64,000 bases of DNA from Candidatus Bathyarchaeia archaeon (GTDB lineage: Archaea > Thermoproteota > Bathyarchaeia > Bathyarchaeales > Bathycorpusculaceae). Shown here in pieces: positions 1 to 9,263 of this stretch (the stretch's first letter is position 1; each line of letters begins with the position of its first letter). The stretch spans positions 1-64,000 of the forward strand of contig JAVZLK010000004.1 in assembly GCA_038883795.1 (NCBI GenBank), in the 5' to 3' direction. The notes below the pieces were generated by a model, which saw only the letters and a list, made by a program, of their open reading frames with translations, did not search any database and was not told the DNA's origin. A program made the position numbers and the translations under genes.

Positions 1-216
1 GTAAATGACTACGCCTAAGGGATTCTTTGTTGCAGTCTTTAGAAACCCTAAATCTTCCGTTAGCATTCGCATATACTTTTGAACTGTTCTTTTGTCTGCG
101 CCTACGCCTATCTTAATTAGCTTTTCAACTTCTGTGGATGGTATTTGCAGCCTGTAGCCTCTGCCAAGCATTTCTTCGACGAGTTCTACGCATTTGCGGA
201 AAGCCTTGCTAACCAT
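1..216 (-). CDS. Putative winged-helix DNA-binding protein (partial, 3' end outside window)
   Basis: Manual translation from ATG at 216: MVSKAFRKCVELVEEMLGRGYRLQIPSTEVEKLIKIGVGADKRTVQKYMRMLTEDLGFLK..., HTH-like; open to the window edge. Confidence 0.6.
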   Translation of the reverse strand, partial: MVSKAFRKCVELVEEMLGRGYRLQIPSTEVEKLIKIGVGADKRTVQKYMRMLTEDLGFLKTATKNPLGVVIY

Positions 217-231
217 CTGGCAATTCGCCTT

Positions 232-726
232 CTATTCTGGTTTTAGGGGTTTCCTTCGCCATTGAGGTTCAAAGCCAACTATGAAGTCGTGGAGGCAAAC
301 GTTTGGCTTATTGCCTGCTGTCCAGCCTACGTCTCCTCGCAGCCATCTTGTTAGCCTGTCGCTGAGCTGAAAGGCTTCGTCTAAAACCTTGATGTGCCCG
401 TGGTCTTCCGGAGCCCACGCGTAGAATCGCCTTTTGAAGATGGGGCTTTCGTTTAGCAGATCAGCCGTTAAGTCGCTTTCCATGAATATGGGGAATACGC
501 CCCAACCGTTTCCGCTCCGCTTGGCTTTTACAAGTCCCCAGCGGAATGGCGGCGGCTTTGCGTCTGTGAATTTTCGGTATAGGATTACGGGCATGGGCTG
601 GTTTATAGGCCATGCTTCAAGCTGTTTTATTAGGGCTTCTGGGTTGCCGTTGTAGGCGATTTCTGCGCCTAAATGGAAGTAGCCTTCAAAACGGCATATC
701 AGGTAAATCCACCCCAAGAAACCCAA
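232..726 (-). CDS. Hypothetical protein (mobile element)
   Basis: 164-aa ORF in a tightly packed minus-strand run. Confidence 0.65.
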   Translation of the reverse strand: MGFLGWIYLICRFEGYFHLGAEIAYNGNPEALIKQLEAWPINQPMPVILYRKFTDAKPPPFRWGLVKAKRSGNGWGVFPIFMESDLTADLLNESPIFKRRFYAWAPEDHGHIKVLDEAFQLSDRLTRWLRGDVGWTAGNKPNVCLHDFIVGFEPQWRRKPLKPE

Positions 727-741
727 TGGGCTTTTTCCGCC

Positions 742-1017
742 TTACTGGATTATTTTTAGGATTCCCTGTTCCGCGTTATAGCTTACCTCTTTGACTTTGT
801 AGCCTTGGGCTCTGATGATTTTCGCTTTTTCCTCTGTTATTTCGCCTGTGTAAGCCACCATTTTTGCCCCGCTGAAGTAAACCGCTTCTGTTATGGCTCC
901 GTCTTGGTTTTCGCGGTAGAACACTTTTCCTCCGTTTTTCTCTCCTGCCTTTATGTAGCCGTAGAACAGCTCCCAGTCTTTGACTTCGCCTTCAAGCCTA
1001 AAACTCATTTGAGCCAC
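742..1017 (-). CDS. Hypothetical protein (mobile element)
   Basis: 91-aa ORF overlapping the upstream gene; protein-like composition. Confidence 0.7.
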   Translation of the reverse strand: MAQMSFRLEGEVKDWELFYGYIKAGEKNGGKVFYRENQDGAITEAVYFSGAKMVAYTGEITEEKAKIIRAQGYKVKEVSYNAEQGILKIIQ

Positions 1018-1283
1018 GCTCCTTCCGTGGAGCCTAAAGGCTTGGCGTATTTTTCCACGAAACGTTTGTATTCGCTCTGATGCCTTTCCAAGTCTGCAAT
1101 TGTGCTGTTGGCTTGAGCCTCGAAAATGATGATGTGGCCGTTGTTTTTGTCTACGCCATACAAGCGGAAAATCAGCTTGTAAAAGAAGCCGTCCTTTGTT
1201 TTCCTTTTGGCGGCGTGGTGTATGGGCTTGGCTGTGTCAACTCTCTGCTTGAACTCTTCGAATTTGTAGAGAATCTCCCTCAT
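1005..1283 (-). CDS. Hypothetical protein (mobile element)
   Basis: 92-aa ORF; ATGA overlap with the upstream gene. Confidence 0.7.
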   Translation of the reverse strand: MREILYKFEEFKQRVDTAKPIHHAAKRKTKDGFFYKLIFRLYGVDKNNGHIIIFEAQANSTIADLERHQSEYKRFVEKYAKPLGSTEGAWLK

Positions 1284-1921
1284 TGAACGTGCCCTCTGAT
1301 CACTGCTTTTTCAAGAGGCGTGAGTTCCCATGTGGCTAATACGCCGAAGAGGTTGCTTGTTAACCGCTTAAGCAGTATAGGGTCTTGTGGCGGGACAGGC
1401 TTCCACTCCTCAACTTCCCACAGAACATGGTAGTTTCTAAGCCTATGCCTAACCTCTTCTACGAGGATTTTTGCTGGAATTATGGGCGCTGGACATTGAA
1501 CTGTCTGGTTTTTGATGTTGTATGCGCCTAATGGGCGGGCTGGATCTATTGGTTGCCACTGGAATGTTCCAGCTGGCAACTTGACTTCTGCGTAGGTTTT
1601 TCTTGGTTGGCGTTGCCAACGGTCAAGCCGCTGCATGCTGAATATGGCGCTTCCGTCTTCGATTTTTAGGCAGTAGCATTGTTTTGCGTCTGCACGGCAA
1701 ATAGCGAGCCTCGGGTCGCCTTCCCTGTTTAATCCCGCTTTCTTGAAGCTTTCGTAGATGTCGATTATTTTCTTTCCGTGTTTTAGATGTCCGTAAACGG
1801 CTATGAGTTCGCGGCGGATCTGCTCTTTTCTGAGTTGGGCATGCCTTCTTAACGCTTGTCTTAGGGCTTTGAACTCTTCTTCGGCTTGTTTTTGCGGTAG
1901 GGCTAACTCTTCAACTTCCAT
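1280..1921 (-). CDS. Phage/virus-like hypothetical protein
   Basis: 213 aa; the C-terminal VLWEVEEW..PPQDPILLK..LFGVLATWELT resembles a phage-associated family as I recall it. Confidence 0.7.
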   Translation of the reverse strand: MEVEELALPQKQAEEEFKALRQALRRHAQLRKEQIRRELIAVYGHLKHGKKIIDIYESFKKAGLNREGDPRLAICRADAKQCYCLKIEDGSAIFSMQRLDRWQRQPRKTYAEVKLPAGTFQWQPIDPARPLGAYNIKNQTVQCPAPIIPAKILVEEVRHRLRNYHVLWEVEEWKPVPPQDPILLKRLTSNLFGVLATWELTPLEKAVIRGHVQ

Positions 1922-2093
1922 GGGCTCCCTCTCCCTTCGGCAGGTTGTATTGTTGGAACAGCCTCCGCAGCGCTTCTTTGACCACTTCTGTTCTGCTTAC
2001 AAAGCCGTATTTGCCTACGAAAGCGTCTATTTCGTCCACGAGGTTTTTCGGCAGCTTTATGGTTACATATTTGCTGCCCATGAGGCTTTTCAC
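1911..2093 (-). CDS. CopG/ribbon-helix-helix regulator
   Basis: VTIKLPKNLVDEIDAFV..GFVSRTEVVKEALRRL RHH pattern. Confidence 0.85.
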   Translation of the reverse strand: MKSLMGSKYVTIKLPKNLVDEIDAFVGKYGFVSRTEVVKEALRRLFQQYNLPKGEGAHGS

Positions 2094-2226
2094 CTGCAGA
2101 TTCTATTTCAGCGCTTTCAGAGTATTTAAAATTGATGTAATGGATTAGTAATAAGTTACACTTTCATAACTACGAAGATTTGACAGAAAGTTTTATACAT
2201 TCAAATTAACCATATATGGCTAATGG

Positions 2227-2652
2227 ATGCGTAATATGAACAAGGATAAAGCAGGCTCAGACCACGTCACAATAAAACTTCCAAAAGAATTAGTAGAAGA
2301 AATGGACAGGCTCATAGGCGCTTTGGGTTTTAGAAGCAGAGGCGAAATAGCAAAGGAAGCCATAAGGCAACTTCTAAGCCACTATAAGGAAAGTCTTGCC
2401 CCACCACAGCTGCCACCACTTGAACATTTCAACATAAGCGAACACGGCGTAAGAGTATTGGACAGAACCCTTGGCAATGGCGTGTCAAAAGGACGCATAA
2501 TAGACGTTTACTTTAAGCCTGACAAGGTTTTATGCGAATACTGCCAAACGGACAACTGCCGCCATGTGGAGTTCGCCCTAAGCATACCAAAAGTTAAGAA
2601 GATTCTAATTGAGAAAGGTTGGCCGATAAGCAGCAGAATAAAGGAAGAATAA
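2227..2652 (+). CDS. RHH regulator with C-terminal Zn-binding (SWIM-like CxxCxxxxCxH) domain
   Basis: VTIKLPKELVEEMD..GFRSRGEIAKEAIR and CEYCQTDNCRH; divergent from the 60-aa RHH gene. Confidence 0.8.
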   Translation: MRNMNKDKAGSDHVTIKLPKELVEEMDRLIGALGFRSRGEIAKEAIRQLLSHYKESLAPPQLPPLEHFNISEHGVRVLDRTLGNGVSKGRIIDVYFKPDKVLCEYCQTDNCRHVEFALSIPKVKKILIEKGWPISSRIKEE

Positions 2653-2657
2653 GCCGT

Positions 2658-3037
2658 ATGAAAACGCTTAGAATATCAGACGAAACCCACAGAAAACTAA
2701 CAGCCACACTTGGAACCCTTATGGCTCAAACTAAGAGGTTGCAAACATACAGTGACGTTATAGAAGCACTCCTAAGCCGCTCGATAATACTAAACCAAGA
2801 CCTCCTTACAGAGGTTGAAAAATGTGTAAACGAAAACAAGCAGCAGGGCTACATAACAAGAGAAGAATTCAAGCAGAAGCCATACGTCTCCTATTGAAAA
2901 TGAAGTCTAAAAAATATCAATACATAGAAGTACCAATGGAGAAGTATGAAAAACTAAACCAAGCCATAAAACAAATGAAAACGCCCTTTTACAGCGCAGA
3001 AGAATACATAAAAAAACCAGATAGACGATGTACTTAA
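2658..3037 (+). pseudogene. Frameshifted tandem-RHH-like DNA-binding protein
   Basis: MKTLRISDETHRKL... continues in another frame near 2870 (..EAIRLLLKMKSKKYQYIEVPMEKYEKL). Confidence 0.55.
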
Positions 3038-3246
3038 AACTATGGAACGCGAAACCAGTAAAAGATGAGTTAATAAGCATCAATTGGCGTGAAGATAAAC
3101 CACGAGCAAACTGGTTTTAACGGCAATACTCGAGGAAATAAAGGTTTGGCTAAGAGAAATCAAGAAAAAACTATTATATCAATAAATTTCTCACTACTTT
3201 GAGCTTATGAACACCTCTAAGCGTCTGAAGGCGATGCAACAATAAA

Positions 3247-5013
3247 TCAGTACATTATTCTTTCGTTTGCGTTGAACTTGCGAGGGTTTTTAATTATTTT
3301 AACCAATGTTTCTTTTAATAATGGTTTATGCAAACAATTTATGAGAAAGTTCTTTGTGACAAACACTATATCAGGTGCGTCCTGTAGAATACTGCTGACA
3401 AGACTAATTGATTTTGCGTCCATTATCCCCTCATAAACAATTAACACTGAGTTTGGTTTTACCTCGGCAATTACTTGTTCATAAGTCATTATTTCTTTCG
3501 GCACACTTTTATCACTTAATGGAGTTTTCCATTCACCAATGCTTTTGCATTCTACCAAACTCTCGATTCCATTGGTTATTAAAATATCAGGATTATTCTC
3601 AAAAAATTTAATAGTGTACGTTTTAGTGCATCGGTCGGCCATTTGCCCTTGGTATTTATTCGCATTTAGATCAAGTATCCTTAACAATAAGGCAACTTCT
3701 TTTTCAAAATCACTTCTATACTGACTCAGAACACCAATAGATGGCACGACAGCCGATACTTTAGAAAGAATTGGTTCGGAAACTGTTGATGTTCTGGTTG
3801 CAAATGATTCTGTTTCTATTCTTCTTATGTTTTCATGTTCTCTTTGCAAATAAAACCTTAATTCGTCAATTTCGTCTAATTCTGTGGCGTCTAAAATATC
3901 TCTAAGCTGGACATTATATGTTTGCCCAAGTTCTTTAAGGAGTGTTTTAACCATTTCAGAGTCTTCCGGGGGGATGTCATATTCAAATGTAAAATCAACT
4001 TGAGATTTCATAGTCGAATAGTCTTGAGAAAATATGAGTCCTGTTATCTTTTCAAGGTCTTTAAGCGAATCTCTTATCCTAACCTCTACAAGACCTAACT
4101 TTATTTTTCGGCTTAGAAGCTTGTTACCTGCAGAAAGATTCCTTGCTTGTAAGAATCTATAAAACAGAATTAAGGATGCTTTAAGTGGTGCTTCGTTTCC
4201 GAGATCAGTATACCATATTGGAATTTTGCGTCGGTATACTGAGAGGATGTGCAATCCGCGTTCCGTCAAATTGTACCACCTGCCTCCGATATCTGGTAAA
4301 TCTCTTGATTTCAAAAGACCGGTTGCTTCACACCAATCTAACAAAGGTCTTATGTTTCGCGTCATATTTCTCCTAAGCTCTTCATCAATGTTGTAATCTT
4401 TGTAGAATTCCAAAAGTACTTTTTTATCGACACTACTGTATTTGCTAACCTGTGTTGAAATTATCCTCGTCTTTTTATCGACCAAAAGTGGGTCGCACCT
4501 TTCCGAACCCGTAGCTACTGCTATAACATGTTCATGTAGCCACTTTTGGGGCTCTAATACATGAAGGATGTATAAGCATGGTCTGGACCTGAGGTTGGTA
4601 TATTGTCTACTTTGCTGAAGATCAAATACGTTTGTTAGTTTCAGTCTCATCATTTTATCAATGAAAACTGCTTCCTCTTTCTCATCTTTTGGGCATTCTT
4701 CATCTGCGCTATACGTTTTTAACTGCTTGCCTGCTGTCGTTGACCAATATCCAAAGGGTCTTCCTTTTCTGCCAAGAAGCCCAAGATAAGATGCTGTAAG
4801 AAGATGATCTCTTGCTCTCCTCATTATCCTATCTTTTATTTTTTCCCTTCTTAATTTACTAAGCCCCTTTTTCGCCAAAACCATTGCAATTTCTTCGTCT
4901 CCTGGAAATCTCTTTTTAAGATTAAAATCACTTACAGCGTTCACAATAGTCCTAATTCTAAATAAATTATGCACCCGCGTTATGGGCGGTGCAAAAGTTA
5001 TTTTCTTTGTCAT
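3247..5013 (-). CDS. Putative type II(S-like) restriction endonuclease: wHTH recognition domains plus C-terminal PD-(D/E)xK nuclease
   Basis: NPDILITNGIESLVECKS catalytic motif; wHTH-like segments (LLDWCEATGLL..YNLTERG); directly downstream of a DNA methyltransferase. Confidence 0.7.
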   Translation of the reverse strand: MTKKITFAPPITRVHNLFRIRTIVNAVSDFNLKKRFPGDEEIAMVLAKKGLSKLRREKIKDRIMRRARDHLLTASYLGLLGRKGRPFGYWSTTAGKQLKTYSADEECPKDEKEEAVFIDKMMRLKLTNVFDLQQSRQYTNLRSRPCLYILHVLEPQKWLHEHVIAVATGSERCDPLLVDKKTRIISTQVSKYSSVDKKVLLEFYKDYNIDEELRRNMTRNIRPLLDWCEATGLLKSRDLPDIGGRWYNLTERGLHILSVYRRKIPIWYTDLGNEAPLKASLILFYRFLQARNLSAGNKLLSRKIKLGLVEVRIRDSLKDLEKITGLIFSQDYSTMKSQVDFTFEYDIPPEDSEMVKTLLKELGQTYNVQLRDILDATELDEIDELRFYLQREHENIRRIETESFATRTSTVSEPILSKVSAVVPSIGVLSQYRSDFEKEVALLLRILDLNANKYQGQMADRCTKTYTIKFFENNPDILITNGIESLVECKSIGEWKTPLSDKSVPKEIMTYEQVIAEVKPNSVLIVYEGIMDAKSISLVSSILQDAPDIVFVTKNFLINCLHKPLLKETLVKIIKNPRKFNANERIMY

Positions 5014-5020
5014 TTTTGTG

Positions 5021-6340
5021 TCACTTGGTCAATATTATAATGCTCTCTCTCGATATCGTTTTCCCGGTGGGAGTTGTCCACGGAATGAGCTTTTGTGGAA
5101 TCTCCCTAAAGAAAGAGATCTCATGGGCAAACCCCACATCTTTAGCCAGTTCTACAGTCACTTTTTCCATATCCAAGTGTTTTTTCCGTATAGACCTGTC
5201 GCCAATGACTATACAGCACCGAGAGCGTGGCTTCAAGACTCTATACATTTCTTTTAACGCGGTAAGATAATCAAAGAAAAAGGGTAATGCATCTTTTACT
5301 CTTTCCTCATCAGAATTGAGAATATCTTTCAAAAGATTTGATGCAGTTGGGGAAGGTAGCATTTCAAGTAGTTCTTTTACGCTCATTACTGACGTAGCGC
5401 CGAGCGTCTGTCTTTCCGAGTCTCTTATGGTTTTTCCATCAAGTCTAAGCCACATGAGCGAGAATTTTGCCCATCTCACATAACCAATCGTGTTTTTCTC
5501 TTCACCGTAGGGAGGAGATGTGATTATGGCATCAAAAACTTCATCATCAAAAGGAAGGTCTCGTGCGTCACCGCGTCTTACTGAAACTACTGGATGCTCG
5601 GGATTCCATTCTAATTCTATGTTTCTAATTTTTCTCGTAAAAAGATTTACCTGATGAATTGATGCCATCAATTTTTTCCTAAATTGAGCAAGAACATTAG
5701 GATTATAGTCAATTAACTTTTCTTTTGGCATGGTTCGTAAAAATCTGCTTGAGCGAAGATCTATATTAGAAGTTTTAAAAACAGTGTCCGAGAAAACCAC
5801 TTTTAGCAAGTCCTTGACATCTTCATTTTCAACTTCGTTTATCTTTTGATATAGAAATTCCAAATCTTGAGCAACGCGTATCTTAAACCAATGTAAAAGG
5901 TTTCCGCAAATGTATTTGGGAGGATCAGGCAGTTTTCCTTTGCTTTCAGCATACTTATGTTCGCTTTCTATCTTCCTCAAAAAATCTACGTGGTCAAAAC
6001 CAATAGACTTGAAATCGATTGGAGTAACTTTAACTTTGGTAAGAAGCACGGCGAACGGGTTAATATCAATCCCCACAGAATATCTTTTAGCAAGCCTTGC
6101 TTCAATCAAAGTTGTGCCACTTCCGCAAAATGGATCAAGAATTTTTCCTTTTTCTTTAGAATACCTCTCAGTCAAACGTTTTGCTATTTGCGGAATCATT
6201 CTTGCCGGATATTCATGGAGCCCGTGAGTTAAATAAGAAGTATTCGCCTTAGCAAAGTTCCAGTCTTCTTTAACTTCCTCTCCTATTAAAGTCATTTGTA
6301 TTTGCTTTTTTAATGGTACGGGGTTATTTTCTTCCTGCAA
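5021..6340 (-). CDS. DNA amino-methyltransferase (likely N4-cytosine)
   Basis: THGLHEYPARMIPQI, motif I LDPFCGSGTT, motif IV ITSPPY. Confidence 0.9.
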   Translation of the reverse strand: MQEENNPVPLKKQIQMTLIGEEVKEDWNFAKANTSYLTHGLHEYPARMIPQIAKRLTERYSKEKGKILDPFCGSGTTLIEARLAKRYSVGIDINPFAVLLTKVKVTPIDFKSIGFDHVDFLRKIESEHKYAESKGKLPDPPKYICGNLLHWFKIRVAQDLEFLYQKINEVENEDVKDLLKVVFSDTVFKTSNIDLRSSRFLRTMPKEKLIDYNPNVLAQFRKKLMASIHQVNLFTRKIRNIELEWNPEHPVVSVRRGDARDLPFDDEVFDAIITSPPYGEEKNTIGYVRWAKFSLMWLRLDGKTIRDSERQTLGATSVMSVKELLEMLPSPTASNLLKDILNSDEERVKDALPFFFDYLTALKEMYRVLKPRSRCCIVIGDRSIRKKHLDMEKVTVELAKDVGFAHEISFFREIPQKLIPWTTPTGKTISRESIIILTK

Positions 6341-6619
6341 ACCTAATGCTTCTCCAGAGTATACTGTTTCACGATTTGTTTTAAATAGTTAATGTATTGG
6401 AGTGTAATCTAAAACTTTTTCTTTGTGAACAAAGCAACTCAACTTTATTCACGCAGAAACTGAAAAACAAACTTTAGGATTCTAAAAATTTCACATGAAA
6501 AATCCGTTTAACTGCACAGAAACGTGAAACTCGCCGTTCTTAAACCTAAATTTTCACTTTAAGGCGATTCTAATCCAAATTTAGAAAATTGTGCCTATTT
6601 TTCTTTTGAGGTGAATTAA

Positions 6620-6778
6620 ATGGATGAGAAATTGGGAAAATTAAGTTTGGAGATAAGTGATTGGATGAGATTGGCTGAAAAATTAACAGCTGAAGGAGAC
6701 AGCATATGGAGCCTGTTAAGGGTTAACGGCGTTGTAATAGGTGTAAGGAAACTGCGTCCAAAAAACGGAGGCATCTAA
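6620..6778 (+). CDS. Small hypothetical protein (52 aa)
   Basis: GAGGTGA RBS; MDEKLGKLSLEISDWMRLAEKLTAEGDSIWSLLRVNGVVIGVRKLRPKNGGI; stop adjacent to the next start. Below the ORF-track cutoff. Confidence 0.6.
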   Translation: MDEKLGKLSLEISDWMRLAEKLTAEGDSIWSLLRVNGVVIGVRKLRPKNGGI

Positions 6779-6779
6779 A

Positions 6780-7091
6780 ATGCCGTTAAAATATAAGGGC
6801 TTTTGGAACAACGTAAACGAGAAACCAAAAGGTGAATGGATAGAAATCTTCGCCAGCGACTGGAACAAAGATTATTGGGGCTTCTACGCCTACATCAGCC
6901 TCGACAACTACGCGCAAGACATAGCAGCCATAAACAAACTAATCCATGAGCTTAATTGGAGAGACGGCGACGTTTACGTTCACCCACCATCGAAGAAGAA
7001 ACCATTACAGAAAATTCTATACTGCCATTTAAAAACCCGAAACAACAAAATAATAAACGTAAAAAGGAGAGTGAAAAAGAGAAATGCCTAA
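6780..7091 (+). CDS. Hypothetical protein
   Basis: 103-aa ORF with GGAGG RBS, coupled to its neighbours. Confidence 0.65.
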   Translation: MPLKYKGFWNNVNEKPKGEWIEIFASDWNKDYWGFYAYISLDNYAQDIAAINKLIHELNWRDGDVYVHPPSKKKPLQKILYCHLKTRNNKIINVKRRVKKRNA

Positions 7092-7479
7092 ACCTGGAAT
7101 GACAGGCTTATGCCTAAAAACAGAAGTAGCAGAACTCCTAAGAGCAAAAGCCCAAGAAGCCAACCAAAGCCTAAACGAATACTTGACCACATTACTCTTA
7201 GGACCGTCCCAACCATGTATACAGGACCGTCCTGGGACCGTCCCAACGCCTGTGGTCATACAACTCATCAGCCTCCTACAAGCTTTAAACCAGCAAATCA
7301 GCCAAAATCAAGCCGCCTTCACAAAAAAGGAAGGTATAGAAAACTCTGTTTCAAAATTGGCGCGGGGTGCGGGATTTGAACCCGCGCGGCCATTACTGAC
7401 CACAGGCTTAGCAGGCCTGCCCCCTACCAGGCTAGGGCAACCCCGCCTTGTTTTTCATCAACCTCGCAGGGTTTTGTGA
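7084..7479 (+). CDS. RHH-like small DNA-binding protein whose frame runs antisense through the tRNA
   Basis: MTGLCLKTEVAELLRAKAQEANQSLNEYLTTLL is RHH-like; the C-terminus is the antisense tRNA sequence. Confidence 0.5.
   Translation: MPKPGMTGLCLKTEVAELLRAKAQEANQSLNEYLTTLLLGPSQPCIQDRPGTVPTPVVIQLISLLQALNQQISQNQAAFTKKEGIENSVSKLARGAGFEPARPLLTTGLAGLPPTRLGQPRLVFHQPRRVL
7358..7446 (-). tRNA. tRNA-Ser(GCT)
   Basis: Reverse complement GCGGGGTTGCCCTAGCCTGGTAGGGGGCAGGCCT-GCT-AAGCCTGTGGTCAGTAATGGCCGCGCGGGTTCAAATCCCGCACCCCGCGCCA; long variable arm, encoded CCA. Confidence 0.95.
7433..7446 (+). repeat. att core, copy within the tRNA 5' end
   Basis: TAGGGCAACCCCGC, identical to 25372-25385. Confidence 0.8.
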
Positions 7480-7541
7480 GGTTTTTCATGGTTGTTTTTG
7501 CTTGGTTTTCTTGACCCCGTAGTTTTTGTGTATTTTCTTTC

Positions 7542-8516
7542 TTATTTGCGTTTTCGGAAGAATAGTATGTCGTCTTTCTGGCAGACGTATTCGAAGCCTA
7601 CTGAGAGCAGCTGTTTGATTTCTTCTTTGTTGTTTGTGGCTGTTACGGTGTATTCGTCGTCGTTGGTTAGTCCGAATATGGCTTGTTCAACTTGTATGTA
7701 GAGGAGTGTGTTTTCGAGGCTTGCGTGTCCGAGGTACTCTTTTACGAGGAGTATGTTTTTTGTTTGGTGGTATAGTGTTGTTGCTTTCCAGTGTCTGAAG
7801 GTGTGTAGGCTTATTCGGAGTAGTCGTGGGTTTTGTAGTTTTTGGCTCAGGCTTTTTCTTGTGTAGCAGTATGATGCTCTCATGGCGCGTGTGTTTGGGT
7901 TTCCGAAGATGTAGATGTTCCGTTTGGGCAGTGCGCTTAGCATTCCTGTTAGTCTTGTGCTGATTTTCCATATTCTTGGGTTGCTGCCCTTCTCCGGATT
8001 GTTTAGGGTGATTAGTCTTCTTTCTTCGTCTAAGTCTGTCCATTTGAGTTTGGTGGCTTCTCCTGAGCGCATAGCTGTTTCTTTTAGCAGGAGTAGAAAG
8101 GCTGCGAGTTTTCGGTGTGAACCTGCTATTAGGCTGTCAAGCTCTTCCTCTTTTGGTATGAATGGGATTTTGCGTGTGAATCTGGTTTTGGGTTTTTCCC
8201 ATTTTATTCCGTACTTGTTGGCATAAAGTTGGTAGGCGTTGGCTACGTTGCGTCTGCGGTTTTCTGACCAGTTTTGACGAGCTATAACCTCTTTTACGGT
8301 TTCTGGATCTGATAGGTCTGCTCCTCTTGCTATAAGCGTTCTTAACGCGGAATTCACCATCCTTATTGTTTCGTCGGCGTAGTTGGCTTTCTTTAGCGAC
8401 CAGGCGAGTTCTGCCATTCTGCCTTTCTGTTCCATTATGTTTGGTGCTGTGCCCTCCCGCTGGGCTTGTTCCTGTCGGGTTTCTACTGTGGTCAAGTTTT
8501 TCGACGCTTCTGTCAA
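7542..8516 (-). CDS. Tyrosine recombinase/integrase
   Basis: Catalytic residues: ETAMRSGE (R), EKGS (K), HTFRH (HxxR), LGH, TLLY (Y). Confidence 0.95.
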   Translation of the reverse strand: MTEASKNLTTVETRQEQAQREGTAPNIMEQKGRMAELAWSLKKANYADETIRMVNSALRTLIARGADLSDPETVKEVIARQNWSENRRRNVANAYQLYANKYGIKWEKPKTRFTRKIPFIPKEEELDSLIAGSHRKLAAFLLLLKETAMRSGEATKLKWTDLDEERRLITLNNPEKGSNPRIWKISTRLTGMLSALPKRNIYIFGNPNTRAMRASYCYTRKSLSQKLQNPRLLRISLHTFRHWKATTLYHQTKNILLVKEYLGHASLENTLLYIQVEQAIFGLTNDDEYTVTATNNKEEIKQLLSVGFEYVCQKDDILFFRKRK

Positions 8517-8604
8517 GCAGTCGCATACTTGACAAGTAGAAAATATAGCGGAAGCGATATTTATTGACCCGCGCAGATTTTTTGTAGAGGGTTTGTGTGT
8601 GCAG

Positions 8605-8814
8605 TCATGGTACTTTTGTCTTTGCGAGTTTCTCTGATTCTGAATGTAGTTTTCCGCCTGTCGCCCAGTTTGTTTTAGGCGTTTCGTAGATTATTATTTC
8701 TACTGCTTCTTTGGGGATTCCTATATCCTCAAAGACTTTGGTGATTCCTTCCACAATTTTCCGTTTACTCTCTTGGCTCATGCCAGCCCAAACAGAAACC
8801 TGAACCACTGGCAA
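8605..8814 (-). CDS. 4-oxalocrotonate tautomerase family protein
   Basis: TTG start at 8814 after GGTGA gives Pro-1: PVVQVSVWAGMSQESKRKIVEGIT...ETPKTNWATGG. Confidence 0.85.
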   Translation of the reverse strand: MPVVQVSVWAGMSQESKRKIVEGITKVFEDIGIPKEAVEIIIYETPKTNWATGGKLHSESEKLAKTKVP

Positions 8815-8937
8815 ACAATTCACCAATAAAATAAGAGCGCTGCTGAATATATTTAACATCTGCGTGCGTGAATCAGATTTGGCTTAAAATTCACGCAACA
8901 TTCCTTCTATAAAGACCGCCTACATCATTCTCGAGTT

Positions 8938-9132
8938 TGTGTGTGCGTGTGTGTGCGTGCGCGCCTCTGCACAGTGTAAATGTCTCTCTGTTTCTTTAAG
9001 AATCAAGCCTTCTTCTTTATGATGAAATAATAGCCTCTCCGCTAACTTATCTCTATGTTATTTCATCCTCTTTTCTCTTTTTTAGTGAGCGTGTTTAGTC
9101 TCTCTTCCTGCCTCCCTGCACACGCACACACA
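8938..9132. repeat. 14-bp inverted repeat of alternating purine/pyrimidine (TGTGTGTGCGTGTG)
   Basis: 8938-8951 pairs with 9119-9132; further TGCGTG motifs at about 8861 and 9203. Confidence 0.6.
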
Positions 9133-9263
9133 CTGTTTTTTCAAGTCTTTCATTGTTAGTTGGGCTTTCATTAAGCCCTGTTTCCTCTTTCTCATTTTTG
9201 TATGCGTGTGCATCTTTCATCAGCCTTTCTGGGTTTCCACCTCCATTTCCAAAGCTTTCCTCT

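Larger units (their letters stand above)
1..7357. mobile_element. Right part of an integrated virus/plasmid-like element abutting the 3' end of tRNA-Ser(GCT); runs off the window start
   Basis: Co-oriented short hypothetical genes, divergent RHH regulators and RM cargo ending at the tRNA CCA end. The integrase and second att copy are not in the window. Confidence 0.6.
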
